Shown in pieces: positions 32,193 through 41,194 of a stretch of 45,013 nucleotides of DNA. The position numbers and the translations under genes were made by a program. The notes beneath the pieces are model-generated. The model was not told the DNA's origin. It made no database searches and saw nothing but the letters and a program-made list of their open reading frames with translations. Where the stretch lies: the NCBI GenBank assembly GCA_964360985.1, contig CAYHYK010000001.1, positions 1 through 45,013 on the forward strand. Direction: 5' to 3'. This DNA is from Candidatus Woesearchaeota archaeon. GTDB taxonomy: Archaea > Nanobdellota > Nanobdellia > Pacearchaeales > GW2011-AR1. Every line of letters begins with the position of its first letter. Within the stretch, counting starts at the first letter, position 1.

Positions 32193-34679
32193 TTATTCAT
32201 CTGCAGCTTCATCTCTAACACCTGCAATTGTTACATAAAATTGAGCCTCGTTATCAGGCAAATTAGGAGAGTCAATTAGTTTAGCAACTCGACTTCCCTG
32301 TTTTCCTCTTCTTAAATATATTCGATATGTTGAGTTATGAACAACAAATCCGTTAGCCACATAATTCTGATTTTTAGGAACAGAAAAGTCATATAAAGTT
32401 TGCCCATTATTATCCTTAGTAGTTATCTCTCTAATTTTTTCAAAAATAATATCTCCATCAAGTAACTTTCCAATAAAATCTACTTTTTGTTTTATTTGTC
32501 TATCTTTTATTTGAACATTCATTAATGCCTTAAATGATGTCTCGAGTTCTTTTCTACTTACCCATTTATACTCTTTAGATCGAGGTCTTATTAGTTTAGA
32601 GTATCCTAAGTTACATTGCTCGAACAACATCTTCAGTTCATTTCTCCTTACAGGCATTAATTGATAACTGTAACTCTCGCCATGTTTCTCAATTCTTTCA
32701 ATTAAAGTTTTTTGTTTATCAGATGCACTAAAACCTATTTGTAGATAATCTCTAACATCTTTATCAATAATTCTCAGAACATTAACTTCCTTACCTGCCA
32801 CATTAAATTTAATAGTAGACCTAATTCCCAGTCTCAACAAGAACAGCTGTAAATATCTTAAAACTTTCTCATTTTTTTGAACTACTTTTATATAAGGTCT
32901 TTTCTTATCTATATGTCCCTCTGCATCAAAAAATCCTTTGATAAAACCTCTAACAACATTTACCTTAGACTTTCCGATCTCACTTAAAATATCTGGAAAT
33001 ATGCATTCAAATAAATCTCTCAGTTCTTTAGAGTTTATATTGAGAGTATAACAATTTTTATTGCTCATCTTAGTTATTTTTCCTTCTACATTAAATGTTT
33101 CCTTAAACAAGTTACTATAAACCTCTAAAACTTCAATTCTAGCATCTCTAAACCTTAATCCTCTCTCTTCAAAATTTCCATCACCCCAAAAATATCCTAA
33201 TATTTGTCCTAGTCTATAATCCAAAAATTCAGGAATTACTAAATCCCTATGTTTATTATTGACAACTGCAACCATCTCTAAAACCTGTTCTCCTCCATAA
33301 TAGTTTTGAAGATTATTCAAAACATCCCAGGAAGTTGGGTATTCTTGATTTACCACTCTCCTAAATTGTCTTGGAGTTATTCCTATTTGCTTGCATATCT
33401 CCTTTCGAGTAATTTTTTCATTAATTAATTTTTCAGTCAATACTTTTGCACTTTCCTTGGCAAGTTTTCCTACCTTCCTAAGCTTAAATTGAGGAAGTCT
33501 TCTCTCCTCTCCTTCAATATCAATTTTTCCAGCTTGAGCCACAAATTCTCCAGCATTAAGATTTCTAGCTTCTTTTTCAATTATATCAAAATTATTTATA
33601 CTGAAAAATCTATGAAGACCAGAGCAATTTATCTGACAATTCGTTTTTATATTATATATTTTATCGACATTCGGATTGATAAAAAGATTTTCAGAATTAG
33701 AATTTTCAAATTTTGCTTTCTCCAAATTTCCAGACAAAACATTTTCTTGTTTCATATCTCTAATTTCAATAATACTTCCATCAGCCAATTGAATTAAAGA
33801 GTCTCCAGTAAGACACATATGTCCCACGATATGCCCCCCGACGGGAGTAGTGGGATCTCCAAACATCATTCCAGGGTTAGCCATAACTTGATTAGTTACT
33901 AATATCGCTAAGTTATGTTGTTCAGCAAGTCTCATTAAATCGTGTAAATATCTATTCAACTTTTGCTGTCTATCTGCTAGTTGTCCTCTTCCAGCAAATT
34001 CAGCTCGAAAGTGAGCAGTCAATGAATCAATAACAATTAATTTAATGGGCTCTCCTTCTTTTATCATTTCCTTAATTTTATCAATTAATAATATCTGGTG
34101 ATCTGAATTAAATGCTCTAGCCACTAAAATATTTTTGAGTACTTTTTCAGGGTTAGCTCCTATCCCTTCAGCTATCTGTTTTATTCTTTCAGGTCTAAAA
34201 GTCCCTTCTGTATCAATATAAACTGATTTTCCATTAACTCCTCCACTTTCCTTAGGCAATTGAGCGTTTACCGACAAAGTTAAAGCACATTGAGTTTTTC
34301 CGCTTCCAAAACCTCCATATATTTCAGTCATTGATTTAGTCTCAACACCCTTTCCTCCTAGTAAATTATTCAAATTAACACTTCCTGTAGAAATATACCC
34401 AACATCCTCTCTTTTTTTAGCAAATTCAGTTCCATCCATGAAACCCAGTTTCATCATTCCTCTCGCAGCCTGTATTGCTTTTCTGGCGACAGCCTCTCCA
34501 ACACCAGCCATATCACTTAAAGAACTAGGACTCATTACAGCTAAGCCCATTAAATCATAAACTCCTGCTGCCTCTAGTTTAGCAGCAATCCCCGGACCTA
34601 TTCCAGGTACATCTGTTATCTTTGCCTCGCCCTCGCTCGGCTTATCCTCTTCCTCTTCTTTGCCTTCTTTTTTTGTCAT
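32193..34679 (-). CDS. radA: DNA repair and recombination protein RadA, interrupted by an intein
   Basis: N-terminal HhH 'VPGIGPGIAAKLEAAG', Walker A 'GGFGSGKTQ', Walker B 'LIVIDS' and the 'GGHIVGHM' block. After 494 extra residues comes 'STYRIYLRRGK'. Confidence 0.92.
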   Translation of the reverse strand: MTKKEGKEEEEDKPSEGEAKITDVPGIGPGIAAKLEAAGVYDLMGLAVMSPSSLSDMAGVGEAVARKAIQAARGMMKLGFMDGTEFAKKREDVGYISTGSVNLNNLLGGKGVETKSMTEIYGGFGSGKTQCALTLSVNAQLPKESGGVNGKSVYIDTEGTFRPERIKQIAEGIGANPEKVLKNILVARAFNSDHQILLIDKIKEMIKEGEPIKLIVIDSLTAHFRAEFAGRGQLADRQQKLNRYLHDLMRLAEQHNLAILVTNQVMANPGMMFGDPTTPVGGHIVGHMCLTGDSLIQLADGSIIEIRDMKQENVLSGNLEKAKFENSNSENLFINPNVDKIYNIKTNCQINCSGLHRFFSINNFDIIEKEARNLNAGEFVAQAGKIDIEGEERRLPQFKLRKVGKLAKESAKVLTEKLINEKITRKEICKQIGITPRQFRRVVNQEYPTSWDVLNNLQNYYGGEQVLEMVAVVNNKHRDLVIPEFLDYRLGQILGYFWGDGNFEERGLRFRDARIEVLEVYSNLFKETFNVEGKITKMSNKNCYTLNINSKELRDLFECIFPDILSEIGKSKVNVVRGFIKGFFDAEGHIDKKRPYIKVVQKNEKVLRYLQLFLLRLGIRSTIKFNVAGKEVNVLRIIDKDVRDYLQIGFSASDKQKTLIERIEKHGESYSYQLMPVRRNELKMLFEQCNLGYSKLIRPRSKEYKWVSRKELETSFKALMNVQIKDRQIKQKVDFIGKLLDGDIIFEKIREITTKDNNGQTLYDFSVPKNQNYVANGFVVHNSTYRIYLRRGKQGSRVAKLIDSPNLPDNEAQFYVTIAGVRDEAADE
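32334..33815 (-). mobile_element. Intein (494 aa) with a LAGLIDADG homing endonuclease domain inside RadA
   Basis: Starts 'CLTGDSLIQLADG' (Cys codon 33813..33815). Ends 'ANGFVVHN' followed by Ser (Asn codon 32334..32336). LAGLIDADG blocks are 'LGYFWGDGNF' and 'FIKGFFDAEGH'. Confidence 0.85.
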
Positions 34680-34745
34680 GAAATTCTATAAAAGTCTTGC
34701 TTTATAAAAATATCGCGTTTTTTAGCACTTTCATTACAAACCTTA

Positions 34746-35912
34746 TCAAAATTTTCGCTTGTATCTTAATTGCCTTCCATACAATTCTCTAGAACTCTCA
34801 TCCATAATATTTTCTAAATCTCCAACAGTTTCATGTTGAACAATAAAAGAATCATGAAGGGGTAGAATAGGAAAACCTTTAACTAAACAACCTTTTTCAA
34901 GAACACTTCTAGCATATGTACTTTCTTCTCTGTTTATTAGCATATGCACAGGAAACTCACTCTCTCTTAAACTATCAAGTGCTTCAAAAAACTCTGGAAA
35001 AATTTCCACAAAGTCCATATACCTTGCAGAGTGACCGATGTTTCTAAGCTTATAATTTAAATTTCTTCCTCTGCTTTCTCCAGGGCTATATATTAAAGTA
35101 TAAATTAAACTTTTTAATGTATCTCTATCAACTTCATGCCATCCCTCTCTATTTAAATTACAACTAGAATTAAGTTCAGATGAAAAATAATTGTAAGGAT
35201 CTGATCTATCTAATATATCTGCTATTGATCCATTTCCTTTATTCTCTAATGCGATATTTAAGAATTGTAAGGTAGCTGCAGAAATATCTATTTCTGCTGT
35301 ATAAGCCCCATTGATAGTTAACATTGGCCTTAAAACAGAATTAATTCTTTGATAAGAAGTTTCAGGATGAAAAAATCTACCTCCTGCCAAAGGTTTAGCT
35401 ACTAAAAAAGGCACGCTATGAAAGTTAGCTAATTGAATTCTGTCCTTCACCGCTATTCCTGATTGAGGCATTTTAAGTTCCACTCTTATTGAAGAATAAA
35501 ATTTATTCAATTCTCCTAAAAATTTTTTGATTTTATTAATTTCTTCAGATTCATAACCACATTCAACCATACTACTTTCATTCACACATTTATTATGCCA
35601 TATTTTCTCAAGAGGTCTTAGTTCAATGTCTCCCAGTCTTTCCATAAAGTTAGTATTCGATTTGAAACTATATCCTTTGCCAGCTTTTTTTACAACACAC
35701 CATTCATCTATAAATTGAGTACTAGCAAATTTTCTAGGAATTTTGCGCATTCTAAAACCTCCAAATTGAGTTAGATGAAATAAAACTCTTTTTTCCTCTG
35801 CTCTATTTATTCCTAATTCATCATATTTTAGACTGTAAGTTTCTGGAATAATATAAGAATTTTTCCTAAACAATGGCAATATAGGGATTTTATTGTAAAT
35901 ATTCTTTTTCAT
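34746..35912 (-). CDS. Stand-alone minimal polymerase-like protein with T7-RNAP/family-A palm and finger motifs (388 aa)
   Basis: Ordered motifs: 'GGRFFHPETSYQRINSVLRPMLT', A 'EIDISAATLQ', B 'RDTLKSLIYTLIYS', 'YMDFVEIFPEFFEAL' and C 'LPLHDSFIV'. It has its own TATA-like box (complement of 35934..35941) about 25 nt upstream. Confidence 0.5.
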   Translation of the reverse strand: MKKNIYNKIPILPLFRKNSYIIPETYSLKYDELGINRAEEKRVLFHLTQFGGFRMRKIPRKFASTQFIDEWCVVKKAGKGYSFKSNTNFMERLGDIELRPLEKIWHNKCVNESSMVECGYESEEINKIKKFLGELNKFYSSIRVELKMPQSGIAVKDRIQLANFHSVPFLVAKPLAGGRFFHPETSYQRINSVLRPMLTINGAYTAEIDISAATLQFLNIALENKGNGSIADILDRSDPYNYFSSELNSSCNLNREGWHEVDRDTLKSLIYTLIYSPGESRGRNLNYKLRNIGHSARYMDFVEIFPEFFEALDSLRESEFPVHMLINREESTYARSVLEKGCLVKGFPILPLHDSFIVQHETVGDLENIMDESSRELYGRQLRYKRKF

Positions 35913-35963
35913 AAAACTTTAACAAATTAAACGTTTTTAAACTAATATGTACTAAAATAATTT

Positions 35964-36896
35964 TTATTTGCTCTCTAACTCTTTAATTAATAATTGTGGA
36001 TCAAGTTCAGATATATCATCTATACTAAGTTCATTTGTATTAAAAACAGCATTATTTTTCATAGTTCCACTAAAAAGTTTCTCCTCTCCAAGCATCTCAA
36101 TTTTTTTAGCAGAAAACAAGTCAGCAGAAAATATCTGGTCATATAATCCAAGTTTTTTTATTTGCTCTCCAAATAAAACACTCCTTATAGTCTCACTCCC
36201 ATCATCCAAAACTATACTCAAAATAGCTTTCTTTATACTCTTTGTCTCCCCATGATTAGTGCACTTCCCTTCAACTACTTTTTTTCCACACTCAGAACAA
36301 GCATCAAAATACCTCGGATCAAATATCTGTACTATAACTGCTCTGGTACTAAAGCTCTCTCCAGGCTTAACATCCTTCAATTTTCTACTGCTAAAAACTT
36401 TGCCTTCAATAACATTTTTTATTTCCTCTTTACTTTTCTTCAAATCTGAAAAACTACTCAAATGAACCTCTCCATTTCTCATACTTCCATTTGAAACCTC
36501 TATTATATCTCCCGACTTTATTTTTCCTTCTTCTACCAAAGATATATGATGATTGTCCCACAAAACTACTCGTATATTAGAACTATCATCCGCCATTCTA
36601 AGACTACAAACCTTTCCACTTTTTCCATTCTTACTGTATTCATTCACCGCAAAAAGTTCTATTATTTTTCCTATAAAATTGACTTTTCTCATTCCCGCTA
36701 CGAGTTCCTTAATCTTTAATCTCTCCTGATCAAAATTAATTCCAAGTTCAGCAGCAACTATTTGTGCAGCTCCTTCTTTGCTTACAAGTCCAGAAAGTTT
36801 CGCTCTTTTTGCTTCAATTTTCCTCTCTATTTCCTCTACATTCACTCCGCTAGATTCAGAAATCCTCGAAATAAGTTGTTGATAATTATCACCCAT
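35964..36896 (-). CDS. Replication protein A (ssDNA-binding, OB folds plus zinc ribbon)
   Basis: 'VSKEGAAQIVAAELGI', OB-fold repeats and 'CSECGKKVVEGKCTNHG'. ATG 36896 has a TATA box about 25 nt upstream. The track's longer N-terminus would overlap the EF-1beta start. Confidence 0.8.
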   Translation of the reverse strand: MGDNYQQLISRISESSGVNVEEIERKIEAKRAKLSGLVSKEGAAQIVAAELGINFDQERLKIKELVAGMRKVNFIGKIIELFAVNEYSKNGKSGKVCSLRMADDSSNIRVVLWDNHHISLVEEGKIKSGDIIEVSNGSMRNGEVHLSSFSDLKKSKEEIKNVIEGKVFSSRKLKDVKPGESFSTRAVIVQIFDPRYFDACSECGKKVVEGKCTNHGETKSIKKAILSIVLDDGSETIRSVLFGEQIKKLGLYDQIFSADLFSAKKIEMLGEEKLFSGTMKNNAVFNTNELSIDDISELDPQLLIKELESK

Positions 36897-36991
36897 CTTT
36901 TTTAATAATAATCTTCCTTTAAAAGCATTATTGTCAAATTCTTCCTTATCAAAAACAACAAGCTTAAAAACCATCCATTCCAAGAAAAACA

Positions 36992-37264
36992 ATGGGAATT
37001 GTAGCAGTAATAGTAAAAATCCTTCCAGATTCACCTCAGGCAGATTTAAACCATATAGAAACAGAAGCTAGAAAAGCATTAGAGGAACACGGAGCAAAAA
37101 ACATCTCATTCGTTCAAGAGCCTATAGCCTTCGGTCTAAAATCAATAAAAATAAAATTCGCCTGGCCTGAAGAAAAAAACACAGACATTATAGACAATTC
37201 TCTAGGAAGTATAAAGCATGTCTCTTCAGCCAAAATAGAAGATTATAGACGAGCATTCGGATAA
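36992..37264 (+). CDS. ef1b: Elongation factor aEF-1 beta
   Basis: 90-aa protein: 'VAVIVKILPDSPQADL...IAFGLKSIKIKFAWPEE...VSSAKIEDYRRA' matches the archaeal EF-1beta pattern. Confidence 0.85.
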   Translation: MGIVAVIVKILPDSPQADLNHIETEARKALEEHGAKNISFVQEPIAFGLKSIKIKFAWPEEKNTDIIDNSLGSIKHVSSAKIEDYRRAFG

Positions 37265-37267
37265 AAT

Positions 37268-37612
37268 CTATTTATTACCGTAGTAACACTTCCAGTGTCC
37301 TCTATGGAAATCTCTGTTTCTTGGATGTAATGCACTTCTAGATTCATGAATTTCAGCAATTGGATTCTTTGCTAAAGCCTCATCCACTAAAACCTTCCTT
37401 CTCTGACTAGAAACTTCATCTAAGTGTGCCATAAGTCCAAAATCATAAGCCAAACCTACAGCTACGTCTTCTTCAAATTCCCTTCTATAATCCTTATTCT
37501 CCTCCGAACTTTCTTTTAAAAAGTCATAATGAGCTCTAACTCTATCAGCAGCATCCTTTCCAATAGAATATTTCTCTAAAATACTACCCACATACTCACT
37601 ATCGCTTACCAT
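37268..37612 (-). CDS. Hypothetical protein (114 aa)
   Basis: ATG ORF with no recognisable motif. Confidence 0.4.
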   Translation of the reverse strand: MVSDSEYVGSILEKYSIGKDAADRVRAHYDFLKESSEENKDYRREFEEDVAVGLAYDFGLMAHLDEVSSQRRKVLVDEALAKNPIAEIHESRSALHPRNRDFHRGHWKCYYGNK

Positions 37613-37663
37613 TCAAAAATTAACAATCAAAGTTTATATAAACCTTTTTCTCCTGAAAAATAT

Positions 37664-38281
37664 ATGGCATTAACACCTTCCCAAATAAAAGAATTAAAAA
37701 TACAACTTTTATCTCAAATAAAAGACCTTCCCCCTCAGAGAAGAAAAGAAGCAGAAGAACAAATAGAATCTCTTTCTCCAGAATCTTTGGAAGCTATGCT
37801 TGAAGAACAACAGTCCAGAAATCAAAAGAACGTTTTTAGAATGATTGTTAATTCAGAAATACCTTCAGTTAAAATATCAGAAAATTCTAAAGCCTTAGCA
37901 GTATTATCAACAAAATCCCTCTCAAAAGGACACTCAATAATAATTCCAAAAATTTCTGTAGAAGATGAAGAGTCAATACCCAAAGAAGCCCATAAATTAT
38001 CTGAAGAATTATCAAAGAAATTAATACATTCTTTAGGAGCAAAATCCACATCCATAATTCCTGAAAAGATATTTGGAGAAATGATAATAAATGTTATTCC
38101 GATTTATGAAAAAGAGGTAAATCTAAAATCAAAAAGAGAAGACATTTCAATAGAAGATCTGGAAAAATTAAAAACCTCTATAAATATTGAAAAAATAGAT
38201 AAAAAACCTCAGTTAATTATCCAAGAAAAGAAAATAAACGAAGAACATCAACCTCTAAAATTAAAAAGAAGAATACCATAA
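37664..38281 (+). CDS. HIT-fold protein lacking the histidine triad
   Basis: 'VFRMIVNSEIPSVKISENSKALAVLSTKSLSKGHSIIIPK' matches the HIT N-terminal half. 'GEMIINVIPIY' occupies the HxHxHxx position with no His. Confidence 0.5.
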   Translation: MALTPSQIKELKIQLLSQIKDLPPQRRKEAEEQIESLSPESLEAMLEEQQSRNQKNVFRMIVNSEIPSVKISENSKALAVLSTKSLSKGHSIIIPKISVEDEESIPKEAHKLSEELSKKLIHSLGAKSTSIIPEKIFGEMIINVIPIYEKEVNLKSKREDISIEDLEKLKTSINIEKIDKKPQLIIQEKKINEEHQPLKLKRRIP

Positions 38282-39050
38282 TTAAAGAGAGTAAAAATGC
38301 GGGAGTAAATGGTATTCCTTCTTTAATATACACTTCTTTGTCATTTTTCTTGAGTATAGCAATATCTTTTATGCTTAACCCGTGAACACTTCTTCCAATC
38401 ATCTTATTACCTACCCTTACCTCTTTATCCAGCCAATCTCCCTCACTTAATTTACTAGCAGGTAATTTAACAATCATACACTTATCTAAAGATTTTACAT
38501 AAAAATAAAGTAATGCTATAGACAAATAAAACATAGAAATCACTCCCCTGCTAAATAATAAATCTGCTAAAACTGTTAAAGCTAGGAAAATTCCAGCCAG
38601 TTTGTAATTTCTTTTTAAGTTTCCACTAAACTCTTTAATAAATTTCTCTTTCCTCTTTAATACAATAAAAACGCTATAAATCAGACTATATATTACTCCC
38701 AAAAAGAACAATCCAAAAAGAAACACTAATCCATAATAAAATAAATCACTAAAATTGCTGTAAGGTAAAATCACTCCAAATCCCATTAATAATTTAGCAT
38801 CTCCTCCAGCAAATGCACGAGCATAGTAAAAACCATAAGCTAAAGCAAAAAACACACAAAATCCTACAGCTCCAAAAAAGAAGAATGAATAATCATTTAC
38901 ATGTATAGAATAAAACGCCCTATAAGCAAGTGCAAAAGCAATTAAAGAAAAGTTAAGCCAGTTAGGCACCTCTCTCTTCTTTAAATCAACAAATACTGCA
39001 ATAGCAGTCCATATAAAAGCCAGTGCAAAAAGAAAATAATATTCCTCCAT
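38217..39050 (-). CDS. Type IV prepilin/preflagellin peptidase (A24 family, PibD/FlaK-like)
   Basis: Polytopic membrane protein. First catalytic Asp in 'VFVDLKKREVPNWLN', second in 'FAGGDAKLLMGFG', and C-terminal 'GIPFTPAFLLS'. Confidence 0.75.
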   Translation of the reverse strand: MEEYYFLFALAFIWTAIAVFVDLKKREVPNWLNFSLIAFALAYRAFYSIHVNDYSFFFFGAVGFCVFFALAYGFYYARAFAGGDAKLLMGFGVILPYSNFSDLFYYGLVFLFGLFFLGVIYSLIYSVFIVLKRKEKFIKEFSGNLKRNYKLAGIFLALTVLADLLFSRGVISMFYLSIALLYFYVKSLDKCMIVKLPASKLSEGDWLDKEVRVGNKMIGRSVHGLSIKDIAILKKNDKEVYIKEGIPFTPAFLLSLIMVFFFLILEVDVLRLFSFLG

Positions 39051-39100
39051 TTCCTAATAAAACTGTCAACATTTATTAACTTTCGCCTGCACTGTTAAAT

Positions 39101-40072
39101 ATGCACCAAGAAGAAATAAACAAATATCTCTTCTGGGGAGTATTAGCTATCCTTCTCCTTATTTCCTACTTTATTCTTAAGCCCTTTCTTATAGCCTTGC
39201 TATCTTCATTCATACTAGCTTATCTTATTAAACCTCTACATAATTACCTCTCTTCTTTTGTAGGAAAGAAAATTTCAGCACTTATATGCGTAATATTCAT
39301 AACTCTGCTAATTATAATTCCTATTGCCATAATTATTGGAGGTATAGTTTCACAAGCCAATAATTCTCTAAACGCTTCTTTCATAAAGTCTACTTTGGCT
39401 GATATCTCCTCTCTCCCATTTATAGAAAATTTACCTATTGACTTTTCATCTCTTTCCCAAAGAGCAGTAGAACTGATAATTTCTCTCCTAAAAGTTTCCG
39501 CACTAGCGATTCCTACAGTTGCACTATCTATCTTAGTTTCTGCATTTGCTATATTCTATATACTGATAAGTTGGGATTTACTTAAAGAGAAATTAAAAGA
39601 ATATCTACCATTTAAAGACAAATCAAAATTTATAAAAGAAGTTTCTACTGCGACAAACTCCATAGTACATGGAACCATACTCATAGGGTTTATAGAATTT
39701 GTAGTCGCAGCATTAGGTTTCTATCTTAGTGGCGTTAAACCTTTTCTTCTATTAGCTATAATAATATTCTTCTTTGCTTTTATTCCAGGTCTCGGTCCTG
39801 CTGCAGTCTGGATACCTTCAGCATTATATTATTTCCTCACCCAAAATTCATTTACAGCACTAGGAGTCTTAATAACTGGTTTAATAATTAGCATCTTTAT
39901 AGATGGAATAATAAAGATAAAATTCCTTGGTGAAAAGTCAAAAATACATCCTCTCATTATGCTTCTAGGAGTATTAGGTGGAATTCCCCTATTCGGCATA
40001 TTCGGCTTTGTAATCGGTCCCCTAATACTAATCTATACAATAGACCTCTTAGATGAATTTCTTAAAAATTAA
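39101..40072 (+). CDS. AI-2E family (PerM/UPF0118) transporter
   Basis: Eight TM segments. 'FAFIPGLGPAAVWIPSALYY' and 'GVLGGIPLFGIFGFVIGP' are typical of the family. Confidence 0.75.
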   Translation: MHQEEINKYLFWGVLAILLLISYFILKPFLIALLSSFILAYLIKPLHNYLSSFVGKKISALICVIFITLLIIIPIAIIIGGIVSQANNSLNASFIKSTLADISSLPFIENLPIDFSSLSQRAVELIISLLKVSALAIPTVALSILVSAFAIFYILISWDLLKEKLKEYLPFKDKSKFIKEVSTATNSIVHGTILIGFIEFVVAALGFYLSGVKPFLLLAIIIFFFAFIPGLGPAAVWIPSALYYFLTQNSFTALGVLITGLIISIFIDGIIKIKFLGEKSKIHPLIMLLGVLGGIPLFGIFGFVIGPLILIYTIDLLDEFLKN

Positions 40073-40371
40073 TTTTTCAAGAAGATCATCTTCCTCAATT
40101 TTTGCCCAAACTTTTCTATCAATATCAAAAACATTAACATGCTGTAAAATAGAAACATCCATTTCAACTATTTGCACCTAAAATAATAATTATATTAAAG
40201 TTTCTTCCCTTCATTAGTAGAGGAAACATTCGCACTTCTATACTTCCCGCCTCTCTTATATTTCATATATCTCCCTTTAGCCCTCTTATCTCCTTTACTC
40301 TTCCGCTTACTTGGCATTGCATAATCCATATTTAATCCAATAATTCATACTTTAAATTTCTATCTAAAAAA

Positions 40372-40686
40372 CTAAGCCGGACAAGTTAACTTCGAACCGC
40401 CCAATTCACGCAAAACTCTATCATCCAAACAATTTATTTCTTCAGGCTTACCGTCTACTCTAACCTTCTTCTTTTGACAAAAATCAATAGTTGAATCCGT
40501 AGCAACCGCAACTTTACATGAAGCCACCATTGCACTCAAATCACTTCCAGAAGTGATTCTGAATTTAGAAAATAAATTATCCCATCCAATTGAAAATCCC
40601 AAAACAAGAAGTACAAGAACTATAATTCCTAATACTATTAAAATCAAAGTTCCTATAGACAACTCCTGCCCTCTCTTTTCATTCAT
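40372..40686 (-). CDS. Archaeal type IV pilin-like protein with a class III signal peptide
   Basis: 'MNEKRGQELSIGTLILIVLGIIVLVLLVLGF' has a short basic leader ending KRG, then a hydrophobic helix. Four Cys lie in the globular part. It has its own TATA box about 25 nt upstream. Confidence 0.65.
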   Translation of the reverse strand: MNEKRGQELSIGTLILIVLGIIVLVLLVLGFSIGWDNLFSKFRITSGSDLSAMVASCKVAVATDSTIDFCQKKKVRVDGKPEEINCLDDRVLRELGGSKLTCPA

Positions 40687-40858
40687 ATTCTACCCAAATC
40701 AATTTAATTTATAAATGTTTCTAACTATTGTAGTTAATCCACAAACTCAATGATATCTACCAACCGTACATAAAAAAGGAAAGATTCTTTGAACACTAAG
40801 ATCTAGTTGGAATAGTTTTGCCCTTCGCATTTCTCACAGCCATCCTATGGTTGGCTAA

Positions 40859-41125
40859 TCACTTTCTAGGGGCATTTATCCAGTAACGTTTTATAACTGA
40901 AAAGATTGTTATCCATATTGCAAGCAGTAAGCCAAGACCCAATACCATTCCTGGTATTCCTGCCATCTCATAGCCAAGTCCAGCAACTAGTGAGACTCCA
41001 GAAACAAGATACAAAATTTCAGGCAATGAAAAGCTTGTAAAATATGATAAAATAAACACTGCCCCTATAATGGCTATGAAGATAAGAAAAAAATATGCCC
41101 TCTTTGACCTCTTATATTCCACCAT
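40859..41125 (-). CDS. Small three-TM membrane protein (88 aa)
   Basis: Hydrophobic ORF lying between the pilin gene and the pilin-like operon. Confidence 0.45.
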   Translation of the reverse strand: MVEYKRSKRAYFFLIFIAIIGAVFILSYFTSFSLPEILYLVSGVSLVAGLGYEMAGIPGMVLGLGLLLAIWITIFSVIKRYWINAPRK

Positions 41126-41194
41126 ATACTCTAAAAAGCTTAGAATATATTTAAATCTATTGTAATTTGCTAATATTATTTTTCTGACATAAGA

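Noticed and set aside
36897-37034. N-terminal 46-aa extension of the RPA ORF as given by the track (start 37034).
   Set aside because: The extension is hydrophobic junk and overlaps the EF-1beta start and promoter on the other strand. ATG 36896 has the canonical TATA spacing and begins the conserved RPA N-terminus.
40195-40317. 40-aa highly basic minus-strand ORF (MPSKRKSKGDKRAKGRYMKYKRGGKYRSANVSSTNEGKKL), possibly a small ribosomal or nucleic-acid-binding protein.
   Set aside because: I could not match it to any small ribosomal protein family from memory. It lacks the -25 TATA spacing seen for other genes. Basic short ORFs arise easily in AT-rich (AAA/AGA-rich) DNA. It is worth a profile search but is not reportable as a gene.
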